This document shows, piece by piece, positions 18,407 through 27,914 of a DNA stretch of 60,209 bases; positions within the stretch are counted from its first letter, which is position 1; each line of letters begins with the position of its first letter. The stretch is from Vulcanimicrobiota bacterium (GTDB taxonomy: Bacteria > Vulcanimicrobiota > Vulcanimicrobiia > Vulcanimicrobiales > Vulcanimicrobiaceae), in NCBI GenBank assembly GCA_003135555.1, contig PLCF01000063.1, positions 1 through 60,209 on the forward strand. Direction: 5' to 3'. The notes beneath the pieces are model-generated. The model saw nothing but the letters and a program-made list of their open reading frames with translations. It made no database searches and was not told where the DNA came from. Position numbers and translations under genes: made by a program.

Positions 18407-20103
18407 CGGGATCGGACTTCCTCCTGGCGCTGCGCGGGCGCCGGCTTGAACTGTGAGAGCGGAACGAGGAAGAGAAGCCGGTCGTACGGCTCCATCTCCT
18501 CGAACGCGTCGATGTGCAGGAAGTTGCCCTTCCGGAACACGCCGAGCGGTATGCAATGCTCCGCCGGAGGGGGCTGCGGGACCTCTCCTTGGAGCCGCTC
18601 CCCGACGTTGTAGGTGTCGTCGCCGAAGGCGATGCGGCCGCGCGTCCCCGGAAAGCGCGACAGACCCGCAAAGGCGGGCGCGGCCAGCGTGGTCGTCGAG
18701 TAGGTGTGGATCGCCTCGAACTGGCGCGCGATCGAGCCGGCGAAGGCTTCATCTTGCACGCGCATCACCACGTGGACGTGCGGGTTACGGGCGCGCACGC
18801 CCAGGGCCACCTCGAGGTTCGCGGTATCGCTGCCGGTCACCGCGACGACGGCGCGGACGTTGGCGATGTTGCACAGGTCCAACGTCGCATCGCTGGTCGC
18901 GTCGCCGGTGAGCAGCTCGATCCGCCGCGTGCGCGACATCTCCACCAGCGCCGGATCGGGGAGGGAGTCGACGACGACGACCTTGTGGTGGAGCTGGCGC
19001 AGATAGTCGACGGCCCGCGTCCCGACATTACCGCTCCCGCAGACCAGCACGTGGCCCTTGGTGCGGATTCGGCGCAGCCCTTGCATCGCGGTGAACTGCG
19101 CGCGGGTCAGCGCCGAGGTTGCGAAGGCGATGAAGATCCCCGACGTCGCCAGCCCGGCATAGACCATGAAGCTTGCCAGGGCCATCGGTATCCGTCCCGC
19201 AGCGAGCGGCGTGCGGGCGTCGCCGGTGATCGAGAAGTTCGTCGCGATGAAAAAGAACGCGGTGAGCGGGTCGCGCCCGAGCCGGATCGAGAAGTACGTG
19301 ATCGCCAGAGCGTAGATCGTCAACACCGCGACGAGGATCCGGCTCAGGATCGGATCGATCCGGCGCAGCCGGCGCAGCCGCCGCGACGTGCCGATCCGCA
19401 GCCGCAGCAGATGGTTATGGCGGCGCTCGACGCGCTCGGGGCGCATGGGGCTGGTGGCTTCGAGGTGCTGCACGCCGGCGAAGACGATGACCTCGTCGGT
19501 GGGCGCGAAGACGTGATCCGGAGGGATGTCGGGGACGCCGTTGAGCGCGATGACCCGGCCGCGCAAGCGCAGTTGCGCGGCCCGTTGGGTCAGCCCGACG
19601 ATATCGAACGCCGCGGCGGTGCGCTGGGCGAAGCCGGTCTGCACGCCGTCGACGTCGGGAAACTGCAGCGCGTGGAAGCACGTCGGGTCCAGCGCGGTGC
19701 CGACGAACGCCGCGGCGGAGTGCGAGGCGAGCGACAGGACCGAGCAATTGGGAAGGTTCTGCTCGACCTTGCGCCCCAAGGCGCGGTTGAACTGGCGCAG
19801 CACGACCCGAATCGAGGGGTTGAGGTCGCGCGCCTTGAGCGCTACCTGAAGGTTCAAGCGGTCGTCGTCGGAGAGCGTCATGATCGACGCCGCGTCGAGG
19901 ACGCCGGCGATCCGTAGCGCATCGTAGTCGTTGGGCGGGTGCGGGAAGTAGTCGCAGCCGAGCCGGCTGAGCTTCTCGCCGATGTCCTCGGAATGCATCC
20001 ACAGCAGCGCAACACGGTGTCCCTGCGTAGCGAGCAGCTCTTCGCACACGCGCACCGCGAGCGCGTCACCGCCCACGACCAGGATCAGAGGAACCGCACT
20101 CAT
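18403..20103 (-). CDS. TrkA-N/RCK domain potassium-channel-like protein
   Basis: Two RCK NAD-binding domains (VVGGDALA; VLVCGSGNVG...TGDAT) flanking two TM segments. Confidence 0.8.
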   Translation of the reverse strand: MSAVPLILVVGGDALAVRVCEELLATQGHRVALLWMHSEDIGEKLSRLGCDYFPHPPNDYDALRIAGVLDAASIMTLSDDDRLNLQVALKARDLNPSIRVVLRQFNRALGRKVEQNLPNCSVLSLASHSAAAFVGTALDPTCFHALQFPDVDGVQTGFAQRTAAAFDIVGLTQRAAQLRLRGRVIALNGVPDIPPDHVFAPTDEVIVFAGVQHLEATSPMRPERVERRHNHLLRLRIGTSRRLRRLRRIDPILSRILVAVLTIYALAITYFSIRLGRDPLTAFFFIATNFSITGDARTPLAAGRIPMALASFMVYAGLATSGIFIAFATSALTRAQFTAMQGLRRIRTKGHVLVCGSGNVGTRAVDYLRQLHHKVVVVDSLPDPALVEMSRTRRIELLTGDATSDATLDLCNIANVRAVVAVTGSDTANLEVALGVRARNPHVHVVMRVQDEAFAGSIARQFEAIHTYSTTTLAAPAFAGLSRFPGTRGRIAFGDDTYNVGERLQGEVPQPPPAEHCIPLGVFRKGNFLHIDAFEEMEPYDRLLFLVPLSQFKPAPAQRQEEVRSR

Positions 20104-20671
20104 GTCATCGTCATCGGCAGAGACCGCGCACCCGCTCGCCGAGCGTCTGATTCGACTCGCCCGGGAGCAACCTCTCGATGGCCCGGTCATCGAGGTAGGC
20201 ACGGGTTCGGGGCGCAATGCGCGGGCCCTCGTCGCGGCGCGGATTCCCAACGTGAGCGTGCCCGACAGCACACCGTACACCCAGCTGCCGGGCAGCCGAG
20301 AGACCTACGGCGCCGCGCTGTCGACCCACGCCTACCTGCACGGGACCAGCGCGAAGCTGCGCGTGGGGATCGCGGACCTGCGGCGGGTCCTCAAGCGCGA
20401 GGCGCCGGCCTTCATCACGCTGGGGTCGTTCAAGGACGCTCGCTACGGGCTGGGCATCCCGTTCGACGAACGCAGCTTCGCGCCGGGCGAAGGCGCCGAA
20501 CTGGGGATTCCGCACGCCTACTTCGACCGCGACGGCGTGATCGAACTGCTCTTGGGGTTCCGCATCGAGTCCATGCAGGAGGTGGAGGTCGACGAGATCG
20601 TCGGGCGCTGGGCGCACGATGACGAGATCGTGGGCCGAGTGCACTGGTTCGTCGAGGCGCGCCGTCAGTAG
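20102..20671 (+). CDS. Class I SAM-dependent methyltransferase-like protein
   Basis: VIEVGTGSGRN motif I, LRRVLKREA; start uncertain. Confidence 0.7.
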   Translation: MSSSSAETAHPLAERLIRLAREQPLDGPVIEVGTGSGRNARALVAARIPNVSVPDSTPYTQLPGSRETYGAALSTHAYLHGTSAKLRVGIADLRRVLKREAPAFITLGSFKDARYGLGIPFDERSFAPGEGAELGIPHAYFDRDGVIELLLGFRIESMQEVEVDEIVGRWAHDDEIVGRVHWFVEARRQ

Positions 20672-20982
20672 CGCGGGACGCTCGAGTCGATCTCGGTCGA
20701 CCACTCGTCGATGCCGCCGGCGAGGTTCACCGCGTTCTCGTATCCGTTTTCGTTGAGGAATTGGGTGACGCGCTCGCTGCGGCCGCCGTGGTGGCACATG
20801 CACACGATCGGTCTATTGCGCGGCAGCTCGCCGAGGTGCGCCGGGATCTCGCGCATGGGGATCGCCCGCGCCCAGGCGAGCGCGGCGGTCGCGACCTCGT
20901 CGGGCTCGCGCACGTCGAGCAGCACGAAATCTTCGCCCGCATCGTGACGGCGCTTGAGCTCGGCGACCGAGATCTCGGTCAC
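20665..20982 (-). CDS. Rhodanese-like sulfurtransferase
   Basis: [25 protein letters not shown]. Confidence 0.9.
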   Translation of the reverse strand: MTEISVAELKRRHDAGEDFVLLDVREPDEVATAALAWARAIPMREIPAHLGELPRNRPIVCMCHHGGRSERVTQFLNENGYENAVNLAGGIDEWSTEIDSSVPRY

Positions 20983-21788
20983 GCGCGCTCGCTGTGCCGG
21001 GTCGCGATCAGGTCCCGCATCGGGCTCGACGCGTTGGCATACAGCCGCTTCTCCATCCGCCCGGCTAAGAACGCCTCACGCCCTGCTTCGACCGCCAGCC
21101 GCATCGCGCAAGCCATTCGTACCGGATCGCGAGCCAACGCGATCCCCGTGTTCATCAGGACCGCGTCGACCCCGAGCTCCATGGCGATCGCGGCATCCGA
21201 AGCCGTGCCCACGCCCGCATCGACGATCACCGGGATCGCCGATCGCTCCTTGATGAGCCGGATCGAATACGGGTTGCAGACGCCCAAGCCGCTGCCGATC
21301 GGCGCCGCCAGCGGCATGACGGCGGCGCAGCCGACGTCCTCGAGCCGCTTGCACGCGATCGGATCGTCGACGACATAGGGCAACACCACGAAGCCGTCGC
21401 GCACCAGCTCTTCCGCCGCCGCGATGGTCTCGAGCGTGTCGGGATAGAGCGTCTCGGGGTCGCCGATCACCTCGACTTTGATCAAGTCGGTCCCGAGCGC
21501 TTCGCGCGCGAGCTTCGCCGTGAGCACCGCGTCCTTGGCGGTGTAGCAACCCGCGGTGTTGGGCAGCACGGTCATGTGCTTGCGGTCGATGTAGTCGACC
21601 AGCGTCTTCCCGCCGGCATCGTCGAGATGCATCCGGCGGATCGCGACGGTGACGACCTGGGCGCCGCTGCTCTCGTGGGCGTGCTGCATGATCTCGAGCG
21701 ACGGATATTTCCCCGTGCCGACGAACAGCCGCGAGCGGAACTCGTACTTGCCGATGCGCAGCGTGTCGGTATCGGTATCGGTGTGCAT
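20979..21788 (-). CDS. thiG: Thiazole synthase
   Basis: [45 protein letters not shown]. Confidence 0.96.
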   Translation of the reverse strand: MHTDTDTDTLRIGKYEFRSRLFVGTGKYPSLEIMQHAHESSGAQVVTVAIRRMHLDDAGGKTLVDYIDRKHMTVLPNTAGCYTAKDAVLTAKLAREALGTDLIKVEVIGDPETLYPDTLETIAAAEELVRDGFVVLPYVVDDPIACKRLEDVGCAAVMPLAAPIGSGLGVCNPYSIRLIKERSAIPVIVDAGVGTASDAAIAMELGVDAVLMNTGIALARDPVRMACAMRLAVEAGREAFLAGRMEKRLYANASSPMRDLIATRHSERA

Positions 21789-21789
21789 G

Positions 21790-21990
21790 CTATCCTCCGG
21801 CCACCGCGACGATGACCTCGATGCGGTCGCCGTCGTGCAACGCGACCGCGGCGTGGTGCGCGCGCGGCACGACGGCATCGTTGAGCGCGACCGCGGTACC
21901 GTCGCGAGGCGCACTCAGCGTCTCGAGCAGGGCCTCGACCGTCGCTCCGTCGGCAACCTCGCGCGTCTCACCGTTGATCGTGATCGTCAC
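21790..21990 (-). CDS. thiS: Sulfur carrier protein
   Basis: ITINGE...AVALN...[15 protein letters not shown]-terminal GG. Confidence 0.93.
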   Translation of the reverse strand: MTITINGETREVADGATVEALLETLSAPRDGTAVALNDAVVPRAHHAAVALHDGDRIEVIVAVAGG

Positions 21991-22015
21991 CGTGCGTTGT
22001 TCGCGCTCGCGCGCC

Positions 22016-23671
22016 TCACATCCCGGTGTAGACCGGACCCTCGCCGCCTTGCGGTGGGACCCAAGTGATGATCTGGTAGGGGTCCATGATGTCGCAGGTC
22101 TTGCAGTGCACGCAGTTGGCGAAATTGATTTGCAGGCGGCCCTCGGCGGGCGCGCTGCCGCTCTTGGTGAAGTGCGGCTCGTAGACGGCGGCTGGGCAGA
22201 AGTACTGACACGGGTTGCCGTACTCGACGGTGCACTTCTCGGCGCAGATGTTGGTGTCGGAGACGTGCAGGTGCGCGGGCTGGCTTTCGTCGTGCATCGT
22301 CCCGCTCTTGAACACGTCGGTCACCTTGTCGAAGGTGAGCTTGCCGTCGGGGACGACGCGCTTGGTCACCTGCATAGGCGTCAGCTCGCTGAGCTTGCGC
22401 AGCCGCTCGTGGCCGTACTCGCCGGCGAGCTTGTCCTTGATCCCGAAACCGCGCCCACCCGTCATGATCCCCAGCTGGGCGTTCATCAGGCCGCCCCAGA
22501 TGCCGCCGCTGAAGCCTTGGTGAAAGTTGCGCGCCGCGTGCAGCTCGCCGAACGCCCACGAGTCGCGGAACTTCTGCTCGTATGCGCCCAGCTTGTTCGC
22601 CGACGTGTCGCCGGCTTGGAGTGCGTCGAAGATCGCCTCCGCGGCGAGCATCCCGGACTTCATCGCCAGATGGATCCCCTTGAGCCGCAGCCCGTTGAGG
22701 AAGCCGGCGCTGTCGCCGACGATGCACAAGCCGTCGGCGTAGAAACGCGGCATCGCGTGCAGCCCGCCCTCGGGGATCGCTTTGGCGCCGTAGCGGATCA
22801 TCTCGCCGCCTTCGAGCAGCGGCCGAATCGCGGGGTGCAGCTTGTAGCGCTGAAAGTTGTCGTGCGGGTCGGTCGTCGGGTCGGCGTAGTCCAGCCCGGT
22901 CACCAGCCCGATGTCGATGACGTCGCCGGTCATCGCGTAGATCCAGCCGCCGCCGAAGGTGTTCCACAGCGGCGCGCCCAGGGTGTGGATCACGCTCCCG
23001 GCCGGCAGCCGGTTCGGCACCTTCCACAGCTCTTTGATGCCGACCGCGTACACTTGCGGATCGCGATCACGATCCAAGCCGAGCCGCGCGATCGCCGTCT
23101 TGGTCAGCGTGCCGCGCGGCCCTTCGCCCAATACCACGACCTTGGCGGTGAGATCGGGACCCGGCTCGTAGTTGGATTTGTGCGAACCGTCCTGCGCGAC
23201 GCCTTTGTCGCCGATGCGCACGCCGACCACGCGCTCCCCGTCCCACAGCAGCTCCTGTCCGGGGAAGGCCGGGAAGACGTCGACGCCGGCTGCTTCGGCT
23301 TTGGCGGCGAGCCACTTGGTGAGATTCGAGAGCGACGCAACATACTTGCCGTGATTGTTGAGCACGGGTGGTACGAACGGCGCCTTGATCTTCCCGCCGT
23401 TGGTGAGAAACCACATCGCGTCGCTGGTCACCGGCGTGTCGAGCCCGCCGGTGACGTCCTCGCCCGGCAACAGTTCGGCCAGCGCCTTGGGGTCGACGAC
23501 GGCGCCCGAGAAACCGTGATTGCCGATCTCGCCGCCCTTCTCGATCACCATCACGGCGAGCTCGGTCCCGGCGGCCTTGGCGAGCTGCTGCAGCCGAATC
23601 GCGCCGCCTAGCGAGGCGGGGCCGGCTCCGACGAATAGGACATCGACTTCGAGGGAATCGCGCTGTGGCAT
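22016..23671 (-). CDS. Electron transfer flavoprotein-ubiquinone oxidoreductase
   Basis: VGAGPA FAD motif, GIKELW, KGIHLAMKSG, C-terminal 4Fe-4S CPAAVYE...NCVHCKTCDI. Confidence 0.93.
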   Translation of the reverse strand: MPQRDSLEVDVLFVGAGPASLGGAIRLQQLAKAAGTELAVMVIEKGGEIGNHGFSGAVVDPKALAELLPGEDVTGGLDTPVTSDAMWFLTNGGKIKAPFVPPVLNNHGKYVASLSNLTKWLAAKAEAAGVDVFPAFPGQELLWDGERVVGVRIGDKGVAQDGSHKSNYEPGPDLTAKVVVLGEGPRGTLTKTAIARLGLDRDRDPQVYAVGIKELWKVPNRLPAGSVIHTLGAPLWNTFGGGWIYAMTGDVIDIGLVTGLDYADPTTDPHDNFQRYKLHPAIRPLLEGGEMIRYGAKAIPEGGLHAMPRFYADGLCIVGDSAGFLNGLRLKGIHLAMKSGMLAAEAIFDALQAGDTSANKLGAYEQKFRDSWAFGELHAARNFHQGFSGGIWGGLMNAQLGIMTGGRGFGIKDKLAGEYGHERLRKLSELTPMQVTKRVVPDGKLTFDKVTDVFKSGTMHDESQPAHLHVSDTNICAEKCTVEYGNPCQYFCPAAVYEPHFTKSGSAPAEGRLQINFANCVHCKTCDIMDPYQIITWVPPQGGEGPVYTGM

Positions 23672-23711
23672 GAGCCGCCCGCCTTCGCGGACGGCGGCTA
23701 CGGCTCCCTGG

Positions 23712-24494
23712 CTACAAGCGCGAAAGAGCAGCGGTTACTGCGACGCGGTGCGCGGCGATGCGCTCGGCCCACGGGCGCGGGAGCGGCGTCTCGAACGTCA
23801 GCGAGGACGGTGTGCCGCGATACAGCAGCGCAAACGAGCTGGGGAGTCCCGAGAACGCGCGCAGCTCGGCCTCGTAGTCGACCAGCACCGCGCCGCGCTC
23901 GAGCCGGTACATCGTCGTCGGATCGAAACCCGCCGGCGCCCCCACGTCGAAGCCGTCCTCGAGCGCCTGCACCGGGAGCCCGGCATCGTCGAGCGCGGCG
24001 ACGACGACCGGCGAGTACCACGGAGCGAATCCCGGCCGCAGCGGTTCGTACACGTAGCAACCGGCGGCCTCGAAATCTTCGTGCAGATCGAGCGCAAACG
24101 CGAAGCGCCGGTCACGGTTGGCGGTGAACACGGCCCGCGCCTCGGGGCTCGTGCCGCCGCGCGAGAAGCTGCGGTTGACGTCCTGGCCCTCGGCGTTGGC
24201 GCGGGTTCCGGCCACGTAGCCGCTCGGATTGAGGCACGGCCAGATGCGGTATGCGAAGCGGCCGTCGAGCAGCCCGTCGCGGACCAGCGCGAGTAGCGCC
24301 CACGGTGCGGCGGGCTCGTCGCCGTGGACGCCCGCCGAGATCGAGATCGTCGCCGTCGCCGTCCCCGCGCCCAGCTCGGCGAAAAGCAGCGTACGCGGCG
24401 CGCCGACGCAGGCGACCTCGCGCACGAGCACACCCCGCGGGCGTAACGCTCGCCAGCCCTGTGCGAGCTCCGCGTACGAACCAGCCTCGGTCAC
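23712..24494 (-). CDS. M14-family metallocarboxypeptidase / succinylglutamate desuccinylase-like
   Basis: SAGVHGDEPA, PCLNPSG, DVNRSF, LDLHED; GTG start inferred. Confidence 0.85.
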   Translation of the reverse strand: MTEAGSYAELAQGWRALRPRGVLVREVACVGAPRTLLFAELGAGTATATISISAGVHGDEPAAPWALLALVRDGLLDGRFAYRIWPCLNPSGYVAGTRANAEGQDVNRSFSRGGTSPEARAVFTANRDRRFAFALDLHEDFEAAGCYVYEPLRPGFAPWYSPVVVAALDDAGLPVQALEDGFDVGAPAGFDPTTMYRLERGAVLVDYEAELRAFSGLPSSFALLYRGTPSSLTFETPLPRPWAERIAAHRVAVTAALSRL

Positions 24495-24501
24495 GACCGG
24501 A

Positions 24502-25824
24502 TCAGGCCAGCGCCGTCCCGTTGATCGCCGCGTCGAGCAGCTCGATGGGATGCGCGGCCCGCAGCGCGTGCCCGCGCTCGCGCGCGATCGCCTGCATCTG
24601 CAACGTACAGCCGGGATTGGCGCTGGCGACGAGATCCGGCGCGACGCTCTCGACGTTGTCGACCTTGCGCGTCCCGATCTCGTGGGCGGACTCGGGTTGG
24701 AAGAGGTTGTACGTTCCGGCGCTGCCGCAGCATTGCTCGCCGTCGGGGATCTCGAGCAGCTCCAGCCCGGGGATCGTGCGCAGCAGCTCGCGCGGCTGAA
24801 GCCGCACGCGCTGCGCGTGCGCGAGGTGGCAGGCGTCGTGATATGCGACGCGCATCTCCAGCGGCTTGCGCGGCGCACGGGGTTCCAAGGTAGCAAGGTA
24901 CTCGTTGATGTCGCGAACCTTCACCGCGAAGGCCTGCGCGCGCGCCTGCCAGGCGGGGTCGCCGGCGAGCAGCTCGCCGTATTCTTTGAGGGTCGAACCG
25001 CAGCCGGCAGCGTTGATGAGGATCGCGTCGACCTCGTGCTTCTCGAAGCGCGCTATCAGCGCTCGCGCGAACGCTTTGCCTTCCTCGAGCCGGCCGCTGT
25101 GCACCGAGAGCGCGCCGCAGCAGCCCTGGCCGCCGGGGACGAGCACCTCGCAGCCTTCGGCGCTGAGCACGCGGACCGTCGCGGCGTTCACGTTGGGGAA
25201 GTACACGCGCTGTACGCAGCCCGCGACGAGCGCGACGCGCGCCCGGCGCTGACCTTGCGCGGGCGTTCGGGCCGGAAGTGCAGCGAACGAGTCGCGCAGG
25301 TTGATCGGCGGCGCCATCGTCGCGAGCTGCCGCAGCTGCGACGGCAACAGGTTCCCGAGCGGACCCGCGACGAGGCGCGGCAGGCCCATTTTCGCCGCCA
25401 GCCACAGCGCCGGCAGCATCGCGCGCAGCCGCTTCGGGTACGGGAACAGCGCGAACACGAAGTTCCGGAACCCGGCATCGGCGGCGCTGCGCGGCAGCGT
25501 ATCCTCAATCCGGGCACGGGTCGCTTCGATCAGCAGATCGTAGCGGACGCCCGACGGGCACGCCGGTACGCAGGCCATACACCCCAGGCACGCGTCGATG
25601 TGGCCGCGCACCACCTCGTCGAGCGGGATGAGCTGCTCCGAGAAGCCCTTCATCAGGTCGATCCGACCGCGCGGCGAGTCCATCTCCTCGCCCCAGGACT
25701 GGTACGTCGGGCACGCCGGCAAGCAGAACCCGCAGTGCACGCAGTCCGAGATCAACGAGTCGAAGCTGCGCGGCCCGGACTGCGCAGGAGAATCCGTTTG
25801 CCGAGTATCCGTGACGTCGGGCAT
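24502..25824 (-). CDS. glcF: Glycolate oxidase iron-sulfur subunit
   Basis: CVHCGFCLPACPTY, SPRGRI, CLGCMACVPACPSGV, CCG domains, YHDACHLAHAQ, SANPGC. Confidence 0.92.
   Translation of the reverse strand: MPDVTDTRQTDSPAQSGPRSFDSLISDCVHCGFCLPACPTYQSWGEEMDSPRGRIDLMKGFSEQLIPLDEVVRGHIDACLGCMACVPACPSGVRYDLLIEATRARIEDTLPRSAADAGFRNFVFALFPYPKRLRAMLPALWLAAKMGLPRLVAGPLGNLLPSQLRQLATMAPPINLRDSFAALPARTPAQGQRRARVALVAGCVQRVYFPNVNAATVRVLSAEGCEVLVPGGQGCCGALSVHSGRLEEGKAFARALIARFEKHEVDAILINAAGCGSTLKEYGELLAGDPAWQARAQAFAVKVRDINEYLATLEPRAPRKPLEMRVAYHDACHLAHAQRVRLQPRELLRTIPGLELLEIPDGEQCCGSAGTYNLFQPESAHEIGTRKVDNVESVAPDLVASANPGCTLQMQAIARERGHALRAAHPIELLDAAINGTALA
25787..25809. repeat. 23-bp identical block shared by glcF and its 5' duplicate
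   Basis: GGAGAATCCGTTTGCCGAGTATC, also at 27522-27544. Confidence 0.8.
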
Positions 25825-25895
25825 CTCAGCCCACTTCGCCGTCGGTGCTCGATCCTTCTCTTGTGGGCCCCGCGGAGGCCCGCCGAAACGGTGGT

Positions 25896-26798
25896 TCAAG
25901 TACAGCCGACAGTGGGCTTGTCGACCTTTACCGTTGCGACTCGATCGCTGCGGTTGAAGGTGATGACGATATGAGTCGACCACCCGCAGTCGACATCGAA
26001 AGCACCAGCGAGGTCAAGTTCTGCATCTGGATTCGGCATCGGCTTGTAGCGACGATCAAGAGCGCAGAACCCCTCTTGTTTCGGGAGGGGCTCGTTCATG
26101 TAAGGCCATGCCCCGCTTGACCAATCTCCCGTGTCGCAGCCTGCGAAAACCAGCCGATGCTTCGCTGGGCCCACCGCCGATATCGGTTTCCCTTTGACGA
26201 ACGCCCAGTTGTAAGCAGTCAGTCCTTTTGACTTGAGCATGTGGTATGCGGCAGCTCGGGTGGTGCCTGGAACGACATGCTGGGGAATCCAAGCGGCTTC
26301 GTCGGCGGCGAGTGCTGCACTCTGATCGCTCACAGCTTTGAAGGCGCGAGCGAAAGCATTGCCGAGTGCTTGACGCGATGCGCGGTCGCGCGGAGTTCTG
26401 GCATAAATCGCTTGCAAGGTCCGTCCGGCGTCACCGTTGTCCATCACCGCAAGTGCCAGCGCCGCAAGATACGCCTCGCCGTAGCGGGGATCGGCCCTTG
26501 ATTTCTGAGCGGTTGACATCCAGATGACCTGTCTTGCCGGAGGGCCAAGGTTCCTACCCTGGTAGGAGACGAGCGGCGCCTCGGACGGCATAGCCGCCGG
26601 ATCCTTCGAGACTGCGTGGATCTGTGGTGATCGTGGACGACGCCGCAATCCGAACAGGCCATTCATGAATGCGGAGATGTCGCTCTTGGTGATGGTTTGC
26701 CGATCGATCACCAGGTCGCTCGGTGGGGGCGACCCCTGAGCGGCTACGGGACCTGCCAGAGCGGCTACCAGGAGACCTCCAATCGCGGCGACCTTCAT
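25896..26798 (-). CDS. Secreted hypothetical protein (atypical codon usage)
   Basis: Signal peptide MKVAAIGGLLVAALAGPVAAQ; four Cys in the C-terminal part; A/T-richer. Confidence 0.6.
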   Translation of the reverse strand: MKVAAIGGLLVAALAGPVAAQGSPPPSDLVIDRQTITKSDISAFMNGLFGLRRRPRSPQIHAVSKDPAAMPSEAPLVSYQGRNLGPPARQVIWMSTAQKSRADPRYGEAYLAALALAVMDNGDAGRTLQAIYARTPRDRASRQALGNAFARAFKAVSDQSAALAADEAAWIPQHVVPGTTRAAAYHMLKSKGLTAYNWAFVKGKPISAVGPAKHRLVFAGCDTGDWSSGAWPYMNEPLPKQEGFCALDRRYKPMPNPDAELDLAGAFDVDCGWSTHIVITFNRSDRVATVKVDKPTVGCT

Positions 26799-26888
26799 TA
26801 CGTTAGGAAAAGCCATGTACCTAGAGGTTCCCATTGCTGGCTGCCACATAATCCTCGCCAATTTGAGGCCTGCTCCGCCCGCCGCATT

Positions 26889-27446
26889 TTACCGATCCCA
26901 GCCAGGGATCGGGCGTTCGACGGCTTCGGCATGCGGTGGACGGTCAAGCATCGCCGATATCCAGGCGCGGTATCCGGGCTCGTCGAGGTCCACGCCATCT
27001 GCAGCGTGCCAAGCGAAGTACGCCTGGTACGCCGAACGGAGCGCGTCTCTCCGCTCAGCGGTCCAGTCCTTTGTCGAAATCCGACCGAGTTGCTTCATCA
27101 CCATCGCATCTTCCAGCGCAACGCCGCGAAACTGCGCACGAAGCATTGCCGGAACGAAGTAAGCGATGTCATGCGGCGAGCCGATCGTCGACGTCAAACG
27201 AAATGCGATCTGGCCGATGTCGGAATTCGTCATCTCCAAGGGCGGGACCGTGCGCAGGTATTCGATGTCATGATCACTGAAGCAGTGAGGGCACGCGGCG
27301 AAGTCGTCACTCAGGCGAGCCTCGGCGAAGGCAGCGGCGAGATCGCGCAGCGCCGACCGCACCTCCGCGGGGAGGTCCCACTGCACACGATCGCAGTCCT
27401 CATCGACGCCGAAGCGGTTCTGGCGCGGGGGGTCCATGTCGTCCAT
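26889..27446 (-). CDS. Hypothetical protein with CPHC motif
   Basis: ACPHCF...STIGSPHDIAYFVPAM; ATG 2 nt after the stop of the glcF fragment. Confidence 0.6.
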   Translation of the reverse strand: MDDMDPPRQNRFGVDEDCDRVQWDLPAEVRSALRDLAAAFAEARLSDDFAACPHCFSDHDIEYLRTVPPLEMTNSDIGQIAFRLTSTIGSPHDIAYFVPAMLRAQFRGVALEDAMVMKQLGRISTKDWTAERRDALRSAYQAYFAWHAADGVDLDEPGYRAWISAMLDRPPHAEAVERPIPGWDR

Positions 27447-27448
27447 GC

Positions 27449-27559
27449 TTACGAGCGCCAGAAGCCGCAGTGAACGCAGCCCGAGATCAGCGGGTCGAAG
27501 GTGCTCGGCCCGGACTGGGCGGGAGAATCCGTTTGCCGAGTATCGGTAGCGTCGGCCAC
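27449..27559 (-). pseudogene. Duplicated 5' fragment of glcF (36 codons)
   Basis: VADATDTRQTDSPAQSGPSTFDPLISGCVHCGF vs glcF MPDVTDTRQTDSPAQSGPRSFDSLISDCVHCGF, then stop. Confidence 0.85.
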
Positions 27560-27769
27560 CCTCGGACCCTTCGCTGTCGGGACTCGATCCTCTACCCATG
27601 GGCTTTTGAAAGGCGCTTGGCCTTCGCATCTCGCGCAAGCATGCGGGCATACCACGCGGGGATGACCCCCTTTGCCCTGTTGTCTGCTCCATAGGTATAG
27701 ACGGCAAAGCCTTCGCTCCACATCCCGATGTCGAGCGCGCAACATTGGATGGTGAAGCCGCGGATATGC

Positions 27770-27900
27770 TCGCGGAAGCCCGGGCTGCGGCCGCGGGTCG
27801 AACCCGAGCCGACGGAGCATCCGCTGGCGGTCGAGCAACCAGACGGTATCGGTTTGGAACGGATCGGCGCGGTCTACCACGCCTTCGAAGCGCAGCAGGC
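27770..27900 (+). pseudogene. Possible remnant of a DUF2199-like gene (C-terminal part)
   Basis: GLRPRVEPEPTEHPLAVEQPDGIGLERI resembles the C-terminal HPLAVEQ..GI...R motif as I recall it for DUF2199; N-terminus absent. Confidence 0.35.
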
Positions 27901-27914
27901 CGCAACGAACCGAG

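Noticed and set aside
21990..22016. TPP riboswitch before thiS-thiG
   Set aside because: Only ~25 nt of intergenic space and no CTGAGA motif.
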